DNA of 64,000 bases from Flaccisagitta enflata. Its lineage: Eukaryota. Shown one piece after another: positions 1 to 13,527 of the stretch (position 1 is its first letter; every line of letters begins with the position of its first letter). The DNA is taken from positions 46,686,001-46,750,000 of the forward strand of contig OZ231126.1 in NCBI GenBank assembly GCA_965153355.1. The letters are read 5' to 3'. A model generated the notes under the pieces. That model saw nothing but the letters and a program-made list of their open reading frames with translations. It did not search any database and was not told where the DNA came from. A program made the translations under genes and the position numbers.

Positions 1-1
1 C

Positions 2-48
<47 letters not shown>
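1..48. repeat. (CAA)n microsatellite, truncated by the window edge
   Basis: 16 CAA units. Confidence 0.95.
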
Positions 49-1032
49 CTTTCCTTGTCATTGCCATATCACTCACAGGCAGCACTGACAACCAAAAAGA
101 ATCACTATGACGACCATTGAAGTCTCGAAACCGTAGAATCATTGATTGAGCCTTGAAGCCTCATCAAACAGCACGTCATAGAGGTCAAAGGACACCAACA
201 TCGGATTGCGGTATCGTATAGGGAAAATGCTCAGCTATACCTCTAGGGATTCAAGAGTGTTTGTAAGTGCCGGCAAAATGAGACAACTCCTTGGAGAGAT
301 GGGGGGAATGTCAACGATTCTGAGAGGGAAAATGCTTTACCACTAGGGACTCTAAAGAGTATTTCAAAGTGCCCTTCAGATGAAACAAGCCCATAAGGCC
401 AACAATCACGTGCTCCGTTTTACATGAAGGCCATATGCACTCCCCCAAATCGCGGATGGGAAGGCAGGAGCGGCATAGCGAAAAGACGCGCACATTTTGT
501 TTTAGTTACGGACGGACTGAATGACCGACCGATGGACCATCACAGCAAGTTCTAGAGTCGTATGTCCGCGACGAATTACACACACAACTATATAGATACC
601 TACTCCTTCCCTCCTTCCTTCCTTCCTTCCTTCCTTCCTTCCTTCCTTCCTTCCTTTAAGAAATGTGAGCGGCGGACTGACGGTCGACGGACCGATGTGT
701 AAAGTCGCGTGCACGGGACTAAATCAACCTTGCAATAAAGAGAGGGAGAAGGGGGGGGGTGTTTGGGAACGCCAACGAATCAGAAGTTGAATGAGTATTC
801 AAGTATTCCAGACGCGCGGCTGAGGCTTCCCCATCAAGTCAAAAGATTCTTTTTTTTTTTATTTTGCTCCCACTTGTCCAACAATAAGTCTTGCACGTAC
901 GTGACACTTGAAAGAGTTCCAGCGCTCTTTCATGTCCTCTTTTTTGTCTCTGCCTATCATTTTGCGTACAATTGTCTGTTTTTGTCTGTCTGTCTATCTG
1001 TTTATCTCGCTGTCTGTGTCCCTGTCTGTCTC

Positions 1033-1123
<91 letters not shown>

Positions 1124-3687
1124 AATTGTTTTTAACACACTCTATGCACCATGTTCTAGATGAAAATGGAACATGAAAATGAAAACGAACACAATATTTA
1201 TTCCCTTCATGGAGCAAAATTAGTACAATAGTCAATAGCCTTATCCGGGAGGGTGGGGGTTGCACTTAGGTCGAGAATTCCTACGGCGTTAATATCAAAA
1301 TTCAAAAAAGTTGGCGTGTCTGTGTTGAACAACGTGTTCAAGGCAATCCCCATAAAATAGTCAAACGATTAACAAAATGTAAAAGCGGAGAGCCACCAGT
1401 TACCGGTAATGATACCGCTAAAACGAGAAAAAAAGTGTCCATGATACATCTGAAGGACTCTGTTAAGAGTCATTGACACCCTCTCATACATACGCCAACT
1501 TAAATGAGATGAATGAGATGTTTTCGATTGTCTCGGGGAGATATTTTTGCTTGTATCAAATGGAATTAATGAAAGGTGAGTCGGTCGCTAGTGGCGCTTC
1601 GATATATCATCTATAAAAGCCAATAGTCGATCTGTTATCACATGTATAAAAACCAATAGTCGATATGTCATCCATAAAAGCAAATAGTCGATATGTCATC
1701 TGTAAAAAGCCAATAGTCATTTGATAGCAGTTCAGGCGAATGTCACAATCTCTTTTCGACGCGAGAACCCGACTTCCTATCGCTTCAACAGTGTTGCTGC
1801 TTTAGCTACAGCATCGTATGAAGTTTCAAAGGTTTGATGACACACCTAACTACTCTAGGTACCTTGTCAAACCATTTTTGGCGACCATCCCCACCCCAAG
1901 GGGGTTGAAAAATAGGGCCAAATGGGTCATTTTGGCTTGTCCGAGATTTGTCCGGACAAGCACAAGGCTAATAAAACCAATCAAAAATAGTCTAATCATA
2001 TCATTTTATAGCTTTCAATTAGTCACTGTCAATCCGTTGAGATGTGCAAGAAAAATCATCATGATCGGAAAATGCTAAGTTGTCTAAAAATGGTATCATA
2101 GTTAGATTTCTCTCCCCGCTGTTTTTCTGCGATTTCCTCCTCAAATCCAGGCGTTTCAACAAATATTTTTTAAAACCTCACTTACGTTTGTACTTAAGCG
2201 CTTTTCTGGGTATTGTCGAAAAGAGGATTACTTGGGGGACTTATGGTCCAAATTTCAGACATTTCTGACGCTCCATGCCCGCATAATGATGTTTTCTTTC
2301 AAGCGTGATTATTCCGCACACCCCCCCAGTTTTTCTGTCACGCTCCTGTCACACTCTAATTCTCTCATTATCGCACCTAAACAGTGCGGTTTAGTGAAAT
2401 TCTGTTTCAATACCGTGAAAGAGGGTGAAATTTGGGGTACAGAGAAAAAAAAATCAAGTCTTAACTCACATGCGTTTTGAAACAGCGAAAATAAAACTAT
2501 GGCCTGTCAAAAAAATGTTGCATAATAATCACGCTTTTGGCGACATCTGGGGCGCGGATGAATACATGATCGACGTGCGATGCATGGAGCTGAAAGATAG
2601 TAACCAATTACGCATTTCTGTACAACTGCTACGGCCAAAACATTAATTTTCGACATGCATACATTGTAGACTTTGTTTTTTTTTCTGATATAGCATGTTC
2701 AATAAGAAAACCTTACATTAAACCTCGATTAAAGCTTTGAATATCTGAAGAAGTCGAAACGCTGTAACAATGTAAACAGTGTAAACTGTTTCAAGCGACA
2801 TTTAATTACCTATTGGCAGTTAAGTACATCGACTTGGAAGGCCACCCCCTCCCCCGGGATTTGAGTAGGGATGCCGACATGAAAGCACGTCGAACAAATG
2901 CGTTACAGACAGACAGACCAACCAACGGACAGAGCCAGTTATAGAGGTGCTTTGTCGCACCTAAAAATATGATATTAAAAAACCATTTAACAATTTTCTT
3001 GATAAGGATGCAATGTCCTCCCCCTACTACTAGAACAAGCGACGCGGGGTCACAATGTCATTGCGGATGGGTGGGCAGGGGCGGCCAACCAACGTCCTTT
3101 CCCACAAACAAACACACAAAAAGCTTTTAATACGCCCATTTTCCTACTACTTGACTTGCGCTCATGGATGGACCAACGGACAGACAAAGCTTCTTTTAGA
3201 GTTACATGTCACAACTGAAACTAGCTGGTTACTAGGACTTGGCTCGAAGAGCATGTTGGCCTGAAAGGGCAGATTTGATTAAGGAAGGTACTCGGGAGGC
3301 TTTAATGGGCTTATTTGCGGTCCAAAAGCGCAAATTAGCAGCATAAGCGGGTAAGTATCAGTGCCACCATAGGCCAGACTGCTTTGCGACCTTTCTCTTG
3401 GCTGTTTTCCTAACATGAAGTCCCCACCTTTACTAGCTGTCGCCTGTTTGACCCGATGTCACGAAGCCATTGAGAATCTAACTAGGAACCTTGTGAATAA
3501 TCCTTATTAAAATAACATGAATTCGTGGTTGAAAATTTGAATTTCACTGAAATCACAGTATCAATCAAAGGCAGAATATTGCAGTAAATGTATATGCAGG
3601 AAAACCCTGTACAGTTACATCATGAAAAACCTGCGCAGTACTTTTTGTTTGACAACAATAGGCGCAAACGCTTTCAGAATTACATTT

Positions 3688-5405
3688 ACACCCCCCTCTG
3701 GATAGCCCCCCAAAGAAAAACCAAAGGTTTGATGACACACCTAACTACTCCAGGTACCTTGTCAAACCTTGTTAAGTTCTAGGGGCCCCAAGAACTATCA
3801 TCTAAGATGTCTTGGCTTCCCAAAAGAACATCAGACTAAATCATTTGAAAGCAAAATTTTGAAAAAAAGATTTTTTTCTCAAAAATCAAGTATTTTTTTA
3901 GTATATTTTGCATTTTTTTTTATATAGCTTCTCATTTCCGGTCGGTCCGTGGTCGGTCGGTCGGTCCGTCCGTCCGTCACAAAACTGTTTTAAAGGATTT
4001 TTAAAGTGTTTTCATTTCTCTGAGTGGTAGAGAAGGAACTTTGGGGTGTAAACAGCCATTTCAAATGTCTTTTTGAAAAAAGAATTGTTTGTCTGTCTGT
4101 CTGCCTGACTTTTTGAAAGTGCCGACGCACGCGACTTAGGTCTAATGACCTTGTTTCTCAAAAATCAAGTATTTTTTTAGTATATTTTGCATTTTTTTTT
4201 TATATAGCTTCTTAAACTTTAGAAAATACCTGAAAAGTGTAGGGATACCTGAAGTACAAAAGATTTTACCATTTCAAGCTAGTTTCTCCCCTACGTTTCA
4301 AAAAGTTGAATTACATAATTCGACTTTTTTCCAATAATGTATACATTCATACTTCTATAAAATAGTTTGAGGGTCTTTAAGACTCAAAAGCCTTATATTA
4401 CTAAAAAAACCCTTAATTTACTCTCATCATTTTTCAAACTTTTAAGTGATAGACATTTCATCAAACTTGCTAAAACTAATGAAACTATATGTAGTTCAAC
4501 TGTTCCCACACACTTTTTATAATTTAGAGGGTTTTTGAAGTAGCAAGAACAATTTCAGGCAAAAAAAATGTTAAACAAGTCATGCAAGGATCGCGCATGG
4601 TCAGCGGTACCCGATGCCCTGCTTGGAGTGATTAGCTGAAAAATTGGAGTGAGAGCAGGGCAGCGGCCCCAAAGGACCAATATCCTGTAGGAGACAGGGG
4701 TGAATTTCAAGACGTCCTGAGAGGGCATATTTGCGGCCTTGGTAGCAACTTTCCATGTTATTCAATAGAAATTTAGCATTTTTTTAATTTCTCGTCATTC
4801 TACCTTGTTATTCAATGGTAATTTTACATTTTTCTCAATTTTCATTAATTTTCTATGTTATTCAATGGGAATCATGCAATTTTTCATTTTTTTGTAAATT
4901 TTTTGTGTTATTCAATGGGAAACATGTATTTTGTCAATTTTCTATATTATTCAATGGGAATTTGAGGCTTGAGAAGCTTCCGGGGGGGACGTGCGGATGG
5001 ACTTACGGACGTCTGGAAATTCACCCTGTCCTACAGGACATCGGCCCTTTGGGGCCGCTGCCCAAAAAGGTATTAATCTGCTGTTTTTTTGCTATTTTTT
5101 TGCTCTAATCTTCATAATAGTAATCAAAACTAGCTTGAAATGGTAAAAGCAGTTGAATATCAAGTACCCCTACACTTTTTGGTTATTTTCAAAAGTTTAG
5201 GAAGTTAAAAAAAAACGGAAAAAGTGTCATATATGCTAAAAAAATACTTGATTTCTTTAAAAAAAATGACTTTTTTCAAAATTTTGCTTTCAAATGATTT
5301 AGTCTGATGTTCTTCTAAGTAACCAAGATATTCTAGATAATAATTCTTAAGGTCCCCAGAAACGTTTTTTTGGTTTTTCTTTGGGGGGCTATCCAGAGGG
5401 GGTGT
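3688..5405. mobile_element. TIR (fold-back) DNA element with nested HINE-like insertions
   Basis: ACACCCCCCTCTGGATAGCCCCCCAAAGAAAAACCAAA at left and its reverse complement at 5368-5405; further inner inverted similarity (3780-3920 vs 5230-5360). TSD not resolved. Confidence 0.75.
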
Positions 5406-6583
5406 TCATGTAACTAGAGATCTATAACAAAGCCAACAGGGCAGCACCAGTGTGCTACGTGACCACACGTCTTTCCTTTATACACAAAGTTGCGTAACTA
5501 CATTCTTCATGACCAAATACACAACTGACAAGGTCGTTTACACTTCCCCACCCCCCAATCATGGACGAGTGGGCACTGGGCAGGGGCAGAAAAGCAACAA
5601 AGTTACCGATGGGCCGAAGGACTGACAGACCAACCAACATTGCAAGTTTCAGAGAAGCATGTCTGCGACTCAAAATTCAAAAAACTATAACATTGTTAAT
5701 GAAATGTATTTAAATTATTCAGCTTCTCAGTTCCAGTCCACAAAACGGGATGGGCTTGGGCGGCGGTGTCAGCAGAAAGAATTCAGTCACCCAACGATAA
5801 CTTCGATTTCAAACATCTTCCGCCAATGTCCCTCTGAAAGAAAAGAAAAGTAAAGTTTCTTAAAATGCAAACTCGCATCTGAATAAGAACAGGTTAAAAA
5901 CGTTTGAGCCTCAAAATCAGCTAAAAATAAGAACGCTGAGCCTCACTTAAAAAGACTGTTATAAAAAATACAGCGTGTAGGGACTGACTGACTGTAAAGC
6001 CTTTCCTTTACTTAGTGATACACTGTAAAAGGTTGTGTCCGTCTGTAGGAAGAACGGTTTTTGATTACGTGAAACTGGCTGAAATGATTTAGGAGCGTAA
6101 CGGCCCCTGGCTAGTCGCATTTGGCCCACATAACAGCACTGCCCACGCACACATTGCCCTGGTCCACTCATATTTCTACCTAAAGTTGCCAACATGTTTT
6201 ACGGGGACATCTCGATCTGTTGCATTCATAACTGGTAAGATAGGTGGAACAACATCCCTCACTATACCCAAACTAAAATAAATGGAAGAGGGCCTTGTGA
6301 GCCCTCACTGACTAGTTACTCCGCGCATCACTCCTAGTTTTCCATAAAACAGGATTTGAATATCATTCCCTCTCACTCTAACCCAAAAGAAAACTACTTA
6401 CCAGAATAGTTAAGGGCTACGTCTATTACCTTTGTTACCATAGCTCACCTTTTGGTACTCCCACACTGCGGTTGATGCTAAACTGCCCGTTTTGGAAAGG
6501 GTTAGCGCAATGACGTTCATCCAAGACCAACGACCTAAAAGAGGGACATAGATAGAAAAACAATGAATAAAACTGTGATGGTT

Positions 6584-7496
6584 TGGTGCTTCACATAGCA
6601 AGAGTTAGGAATCTCCTTTCATCCTTTATATATCTAATGGCGCTAATCTTTTTCCTTTATTATTAATTTTTTTTTTTTTTTTGGTTTTTCAGTTTTCCAA
6701 ATATTGATTTTTAAGTAAGCTGTTTGATAGTTGATATTTTACTGTTTTTATCGATTTTTATGTATAATCTTTAAAAATAAAAAATTGTCTTATTATTAAA
6801 ATTATAACAGATTTTGAAAATTTTGAGGCTAAAATCAATAAAAAATGAAAAAAAATTGAAAAAACTTATATTTTCATTTTGGATTTTTTGCACTTTTGCA
6901 TTTTTTTTTCTTAAAAGAACCCAGTGTATAAGAACATCAAGGCTTAAAATTGTTCCAAAATTAAGAACATTGTAGTTATTTTATTAGTAGCTATCTCTAT
7001 CTCTTTTGAAAACTTGGAAAAAAATTGATATTCTTATAAAAAGAATAAAGTATACATTTTTTTCAACAAGAATGGAACTTTTTTTCAAAGTCTTAGTTTT
7101 GAGGCTAAATTAAGCCTTTATTGTTCTTGAAGCATCTTATGAACTATATAAACATAAGCAACCCTATAAATCATTATTCTTTAAATAATACATATTGTAT
7201 TTTTACTAATACCAATTAAAGAAAGCCAAATTATAACATTTAAGGATATCTTTTAAAGTATTTTTATCAAAATAGTGCAATATTGTCATTATCAGGCTAA
7301 ATCATGAAGTCTAATATTCTTTTTAATACTTTTTAAGTATTGCAGTAGACAATTTTTTTTTCATAATTTGAAGCCTTTATATGTTCTTAAAATTTTGATG
7401 TTGTTCAAAACCCTGATGTTCTTATAAACTATGTTCTTATAACAAATGTAAAAACCTATGAGAAGAGACTTCCAACTTCTACCATGTGAAGCACCC
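6584..7496. mobile_element. AT-rich TIR element, same family as 51239-51744 (Sola2-like)
   Basis: GGTGCTTCACATAGCAAGAGTT ... AACTTCTACCATGTGAAGCACCC, followed by AATT. Confidence 0.6.
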
Positions 7497-7645
7497 AATT
7501 TTAAAAGCAGTTTTGGGTTAGACATGCAGATTTGCCCGCAAGATTGGAGACACTAAATGCCTGTTCAAAGGACAGATTCACTGGCACATCTCAGGGCAGC
7601 GGCGTGACCCCTGGAAACCCCAACAGAACAAGGCCGGATACATGC

Positions 7646-7736
<91 letters not shown>

Positions 7737-8217
7737 CTTACCCTTGCACGACACTTGGTGTTGGTTCCTTTTCATGAACTCATTGGTGATCGAGAAAAGC
7801 GGAGGATTAAGTGCAAGTTGAAGATCTGTGAGACAGAAGAATGTGTAAAAGTACATCAATACTATGTTTCTCGTTAATTTACAACACAGCATTTGTTAAC
7901 TTATATCGGGGTACGTCTGGGGGATGAGGCTACCTTCCTCTTATTGTCCATTCGCACTTTGAGTACTCTCGCGCCCCCACCCCTACACCATACCCCACCC
8001 TTCACTAAACCCCTGACCACAACCCTAGCCAACCCCTGACCCCAACCCCCCACACTCCTAACCTAACAGTTACCATTAAGCCCTCCCTAACCACAATTTT
8101 ACCTTATGATGTAGCTACTTGCGCTTGCAAGCTTCACGTAGCATTTCGGGACTTGAATTACGCGAGTGACGGTTTCATATTAGGAATAATGACTGAGCTT
8201 TCGACTTCAAGTCATTA

Positions 8218-9079
8218 CAGCCGGAGACCCTAGAAAAGCTGATTTTTCAGCTTTTGCTTTTTTTTCAATTTTTCCTTAATTTCTCTTGGCTAAATGTGCT
8301 CATTGAGTGGGTTAATTTTTTTCTTGTTATGGATCCATGGTCTGTAGCTACATTGTGTGAAAAAATTGCGGTTAATAACTCAATTTTAGCATTTTTTCTC
8401 AAATCATGAAAAATATTAAGTTCAGATGGCAACTTTCAATTTTTTTCGTTTTTGGCTTACAGATAGATTTTGAGACAAGGAATTCATCTAGAATGTCACA
8501 TCCTTTAGCACTCATCAATAAATAGGTCAAAACGCGCTTTTAAATATCTAAAAGCCCAAAAGCTTAACACCCAAGTTGTTAGAGCTCAAAAAGCTCAGAG
8601 TTGAGCTTTTTGAGACTTACCTCCTCCTATACGCAAGTCTCAAAAAGCTCAACTCTGAGCTTTTGAAAAGCTCAGAATTGAGCTTTTTGAGCTCTAGCAA
8701 CTTGAGACTTAAGCTTTAGAGCTCAAAAAGCTGATTTCTGAGCTTTTAAATATTTAAAAGCGCGTTTTGACCTATTTATTGATGAGTGCTAAAGGATGTG
8801 ACATTCTAGATGAATTCCTTGTCTCAAAATCTATCTGTAAGCCAAAAATTAAAAAAATTGAAAGGTGCCATCTGAACCCAATTTTTTTCATGATTTCAGA
8901 AAAAATGCTAAAATTGAGTTAACAACCACAATTTTTTTACACAATGTAGCAACAGACCATAGGTCCACGACAAAAAAGAAGTTAGCCCACTCAATGAGCT
9001 CATTTAGCCAAGAGAAGTTAAGGAAAAATTGAAAAAAATGCAAAAGCTGAAAAATCAGCTTTTCTAGGGTCTCCGGCTG
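8218..9079. mobile_element. Fold-back MITE, almost entirely palindromic, 5-bp TSD CATTA
   Basis: CAGCCGGAGACCCTAGAAAAG...CTTTTCTAGGGTCTCCGGCTG. Arms pair inward to a short loop near 8620-8635. CATTA at 8213-8217 and 9080-9084. Confidence 0.9.
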
Positions 9080-9717
9080 CATTACGGTTTCTGCCGTTGT
9101 AGACAAACTTTCTTCTTATTCAAAAAAAAAAAAAAATAAATAAAAAAAATACGACTTTCTATTCAAAGCTAGGCAATCGACGTCTGCTAGATCGAAAAGG
9201 GGCGGGGCTTACGTTTGCTCGATGATTTTGTTTCGCATTCTTACTGGTTGATTACGCCGCTTAGCGTTGTTGTTCATTTGTCTCCTCCGATGTAGATGAA
9301 GTATTTCCTCTTTTACATATCATTTGATAGAAAATAGATTAGGAGATAAGTTATTCTAGCTATCTTACGATAATTCTGCCCAAGAACACTATCTATCAGG
9401 ATACCCATATGTCGCGTTTGTGTAGCGGTCCAATTGACTGGTTTTCCTGCAGGGCTGAAAAGAATTTGTGACACGAGCCTTCAGACTTCGCTGTGCTATT
9501 GACGTCTTCGCGCCGTTAAACGATGATGGCGTCGACTTTCTCGCTGACTTGGAAACATTTTAGATAAGAGATTCTAAATAAATGATTTATGTACGCCTCT
9601 GATGGTTAGAGGGGAGTGTCTGATATCAATGGGGAAATGACTAGTGTTTTTTTTTTCATTTACCAATAAAGGCGGCTAATCGCCGTAGGAAAAAAGTCGT
9701 AAATGCTGAGAGAAAGA

Positions 9718-10085
<368 letters not shown>

Positions 10086-10802
10086 AAACATGTAACACAG
10101 GGTATCAATATCATTGTGGACAGGGGCATCCAACCCCATCCGCACCCCAACCCCCACACACAAGTATCTAGACCGCTTGTTTTTCCACTTTTCACTCGGA
10201 CGGACAGACGGACCAACAGACCGATTGATGGACTCACAGACAAAGCCTCTCATAGAGTCTGGAGGTGAAGTGAGAGAGAAACTGTGCTGCCAGGATGCAC
10301 AATTATCACCAAAGACATTGCAGAGTTCAAACAGACTTCAACTAACTTGATTCCTTGTTTTTTGGGAAAACGCGAAAAATGCAGAAAAATAAAAAAAGAT
10401 TCAAAAATTCATAGCTCCAAAATTATTGATCGCACAGAATTCTGCTTGGCGTCATCTGAAAGAGGAGAATTAGCTCTTTCTTAGCTGTTAATTTCATGCG
10501 TAGTCCCATTCGGCCCGAAAAAAGCATCAACTTTCCCAAAAAACTCACGGGAAAAATGGAAAACCCAATTCCTCCGCAGGTCTCAAAAAGCCGAAGGTAT
10601 TCTTCGACTTTTTTCCAAATGATATCGATCCATCCGTCCTAAATACTACTATCCTTACGAAAGAAACGCAGCAGTTAGTAAATACTAAATAGGTTTAAAA
10701 GGAAGCTCAAAAATAACAAACCAATGCCAATATGTTTTTAGTCGCGTGCACGCGACTCTACAACTCGCTTTGTCCGTTGGTCGGTCGGTCACACTTTACT
10801 TT

Positions 10803-11309
10803 TGTAGTGCCGCGCGTTTCCCCTTCTTACCCTCTCTGATATCTGGGTTGGGTCCTTCCCTTTCCCTTGCCGGCTTTGCCCTACCTTCTCCTTCTCTCTC
10901 TGGCTATTGCCTTGGGACCTCCTCTTCCGTGGCTTCATCTTCCCCACTTTGGCCTACTTAAGGGAGGTGTGGCTGCAGTCTGGGAGAGGCCACTCCCCTT
11001 CCCCTGGCGTCTTATTCTCCCTGAGCAAGATGTCCATTTGGATATCACCTCTGTCCCCTTAGGATTGACTTCATTCTTAGGACCCCCCCCCTCTTAGGCT
11101 AGTTATGCAGAGATGACAGATTCATTAGGTCTTAGGGTCTTGTTAAGGGCTATATCACATATTATTTGCCTAGTTTGGTTCTTTCTCAGTACATTCTCCC
11201 CGCGGGCTCTTAGGGATCTTCTTTAGGAGTTTTTGGCAGGCACCCCATCTTTGAGCATTCTACCCCTGGACCCTGACGATAGCATCCTTCCGCCTACCCC
11301 GGCATATCA
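10803..11309 (+). repeat. 5' LTR (507 bp)
   Basis: By-eye comparison with 23723-24229 shows one substitution (G10962 vs C23882); TG...CA termini. Confidence 0.95.
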
Positions 11310-11310
11310 G

Positions 11311-11328
11311 TGGTGCTTTCGGCCGGTT
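11311..11328 (+). promoter_or_regulatory. Putative primer-binding site (TGGTGCTTTCGGCCGGTT); cognate tRNA not assigned
   Basis: Begins 1 nt after the 5' LTR with TGG (complement of tRNA CCA); loosely resembles the complement of tRNA-Val or tRNA-Gly 3' ends as I recall them. Confidence 0.7.
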
Positions 11329-12742
11329 CTGGCACCCTAGCTAGCTGAGAATAGGACCCATCTAGGAAGATTGTTTTCTTTTATATTGGCCATGGGACCC
11401 TCGGTCACTTTTGAAGACTGGGCACTGCAGGCTCTTTTGGTGAAAGGCACAAGTCTGAGTTACTTTACCCCTCCCCCTGTCTTGACTATGCTCTTATCTC
11501 TTGAGGAAGTGAGGATATTTTGCCCATCTTACCCCTTTTGGCACATGCTTTCCCGTAATGCCGTAGTATAGATGGGCTCTAAGAGGTGAACGCTGGTTAC
11601 ACCGAGTTTGATCGGACAGCCAATAACCCGAGTCATAGTGTAGGCCGTGCTGTAGTAGCTGGGGTCCCATCAAGGGCCGCTGTCGAAACCGTCGGCTAGT
11701 TCAATTCCCCCTTAGGACTTTGGGCAGACTCCTACAGTCATTGGCTGGGACGCAGATCCAAACCCCCCACTGTTGGAGCAAGAGTCTCCGGGCCAAATGG
11801 TGGAAGGTGGCATGGCCTCAAGAATAAGATGCTCTGGCACTTATCATCACTCCGCCCTCTGACTTGTTCATGGCCATTTTTGAGACCTATCAAGACGCTG
11901 ATTACCCTCTTGTCTCAGCTCGTCTCTTCATCTCAACTCACTTCTACTCCAAAGCTACAATCATCTAACCGCAAGGTCATCTTATCATGCTATCACCTAA
12001 CTACCATATCGTCTTACCATGTCATCGATCCTCATGGAATATCATCTGATTGTCCGCACCCGTTTGGACAAATGGCGGAATCCTTCTTGGACAAGTGCAC
12101 AATACACCTGTCCAACAGAATCACAAAAGCGTCTCAGGAACATCGTTTGTGGACTGAGACTATACCTGTGTCAAAACAACCCTCTACTGGCAGAACCCAA
12201 TCAAAGCAGCAACTTAAATCAAGACACCGGTCCTTGCTGGCAGTTGTACACTGGTACAAAAAGAGAAGATGTACGGACATTGGTACACATGCGACCAGTT
12301 TCGATAAATGAGAGGACAATGGTATCAAAACACTCCTACCACGCTGTGTGGGATGGGGTGTATCCATTTGTTTCTCTTGGACAATGGCAAAGACGGTGGC
12401 ATAGTGCCATAGACGACGGTAAAGACGACGGCAAAGACAAATGCAAAAAAGACGGCAAAGACAATGGAAGGTGGCAGTGGCGACTATGGACAGGCGCATG
12501 CTTGGAGATACTGACTCGTCTTTACGACTAATGACAAATTTGTGATTTTGTGAACCCGTTGCCGAAGGTTATCAAAAAAAAAAGAGAAAAAAAAAGAAAA
12601 AAAGAAAGAAAATAAAGACGAATGCAAAAGTGCACAAAAAAGAAAAAAGCGGAAGAAAGAAAAAGAATAGAATACAAAAAAAAGAAAGTAGAAAAAAATT
12701 CGGGGAGAATTACGGATAAAGGAAAAGCCGCGCATAGTGCAC

Positions 12743-12779
<37 letters not shown>

Positions 12780-13200
12780 ACAAGGTAACGAGGTTCTATT
12801 TCTTATCCCCTTGTTTTTTTTATCTCCTAACATGCTCATTGTCTTTATTACGCCCAACCGTTGCGTCTTTTCCCGTTATTGTTACTTTCCGTCGCATGAA
12901 TTACCTCGCGTGGATAATCTCAAGGCTGATTCTTCTGTGTTTTGTTTTCTCCCTGCTCGATTGCTTATTGTTTTTGTCACGTCGATATGTTACATCTGCT
13001 GCCGTCATTGTAAGTGTCTCGTAAACTTTCCTTTTCTTGCGCGAACGATCAATCTCAACCGGCGCCTGAATTATTTTTTTTTTCGAACTCCGACATCGAA
13101 CAACGTCCTAGGCCGACCACTGTGGGGAAAGGCTTAGATTACGTGTCAGTTTTTTTTTTCTTTTTTGCTTTATTATGTCTCTCCGTCCGTCAATCTATCT

Positions 13201-13527
13201 CGTTTGTCCTACCTCGTTTGTCCTACCTCGTTTGTCCTACCTCGTTTGTCCTACCTCGTTTGTCCTACCTCGTTTGTCCTACCTCGTTTGTTCTATCTCG
13301 TTTGTCCTATCGCGTTTGTCCTATCGCGTTTGTCCTATCGCGTTTGTCCTATCGCGTTTGTCCTATCGCGTTTGTCCTATCGCGTTTGTCCTATCGCGTT
13401 TGTCCTATCGCGTTTGTCCTATCGCGTTTGTCCTATCGCGTTTGTCCTATCGCGTTGGTCCTATCGCGTTTGTCCTATCGCGTTTGTCCTATCGCGTTTG
13501 TCCTATCGCGTTTGTCCTTTCGCGTTT
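13201..13527. repeat. 14-bp minisatellite, about 23 copies (CGTTTGTCCTACCT then CGTTTGTCCTATCG)
   Basis: Directly visible tandem array with two variant blocks. Confidence 0.95.

Noticed and set aside
7975-8095. CCCTAACC-like motifs (also GGTTAGGG-like at 27400-27452) as interstitial telomere
   Set aside because: Too degenerate and short; not a tandem telomeric array.
10867-11097. 76-aa ORF with a hydrophobic N-terminus, duplicated at 23787-24017
   Set aside because: It lies wholly within the LTRs and starts at TTG; the duplication is explained by the LTR.
11270-11309. CTGACGA near the LTR 3' end as a possible hammerhead ribozyme core (retrozyme-like)
   Set aside because: No downstream stem II plus GAAA and no cleavage-site helix arrangement could be found.
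13201-13527. Regular short repeats resembling a CRISPR array (also 21240-22540 and 63463-63838)
   Set aside because: Units are head-to-tail with no unique spacers, there are no cas genes, and the context is eukaryotic.
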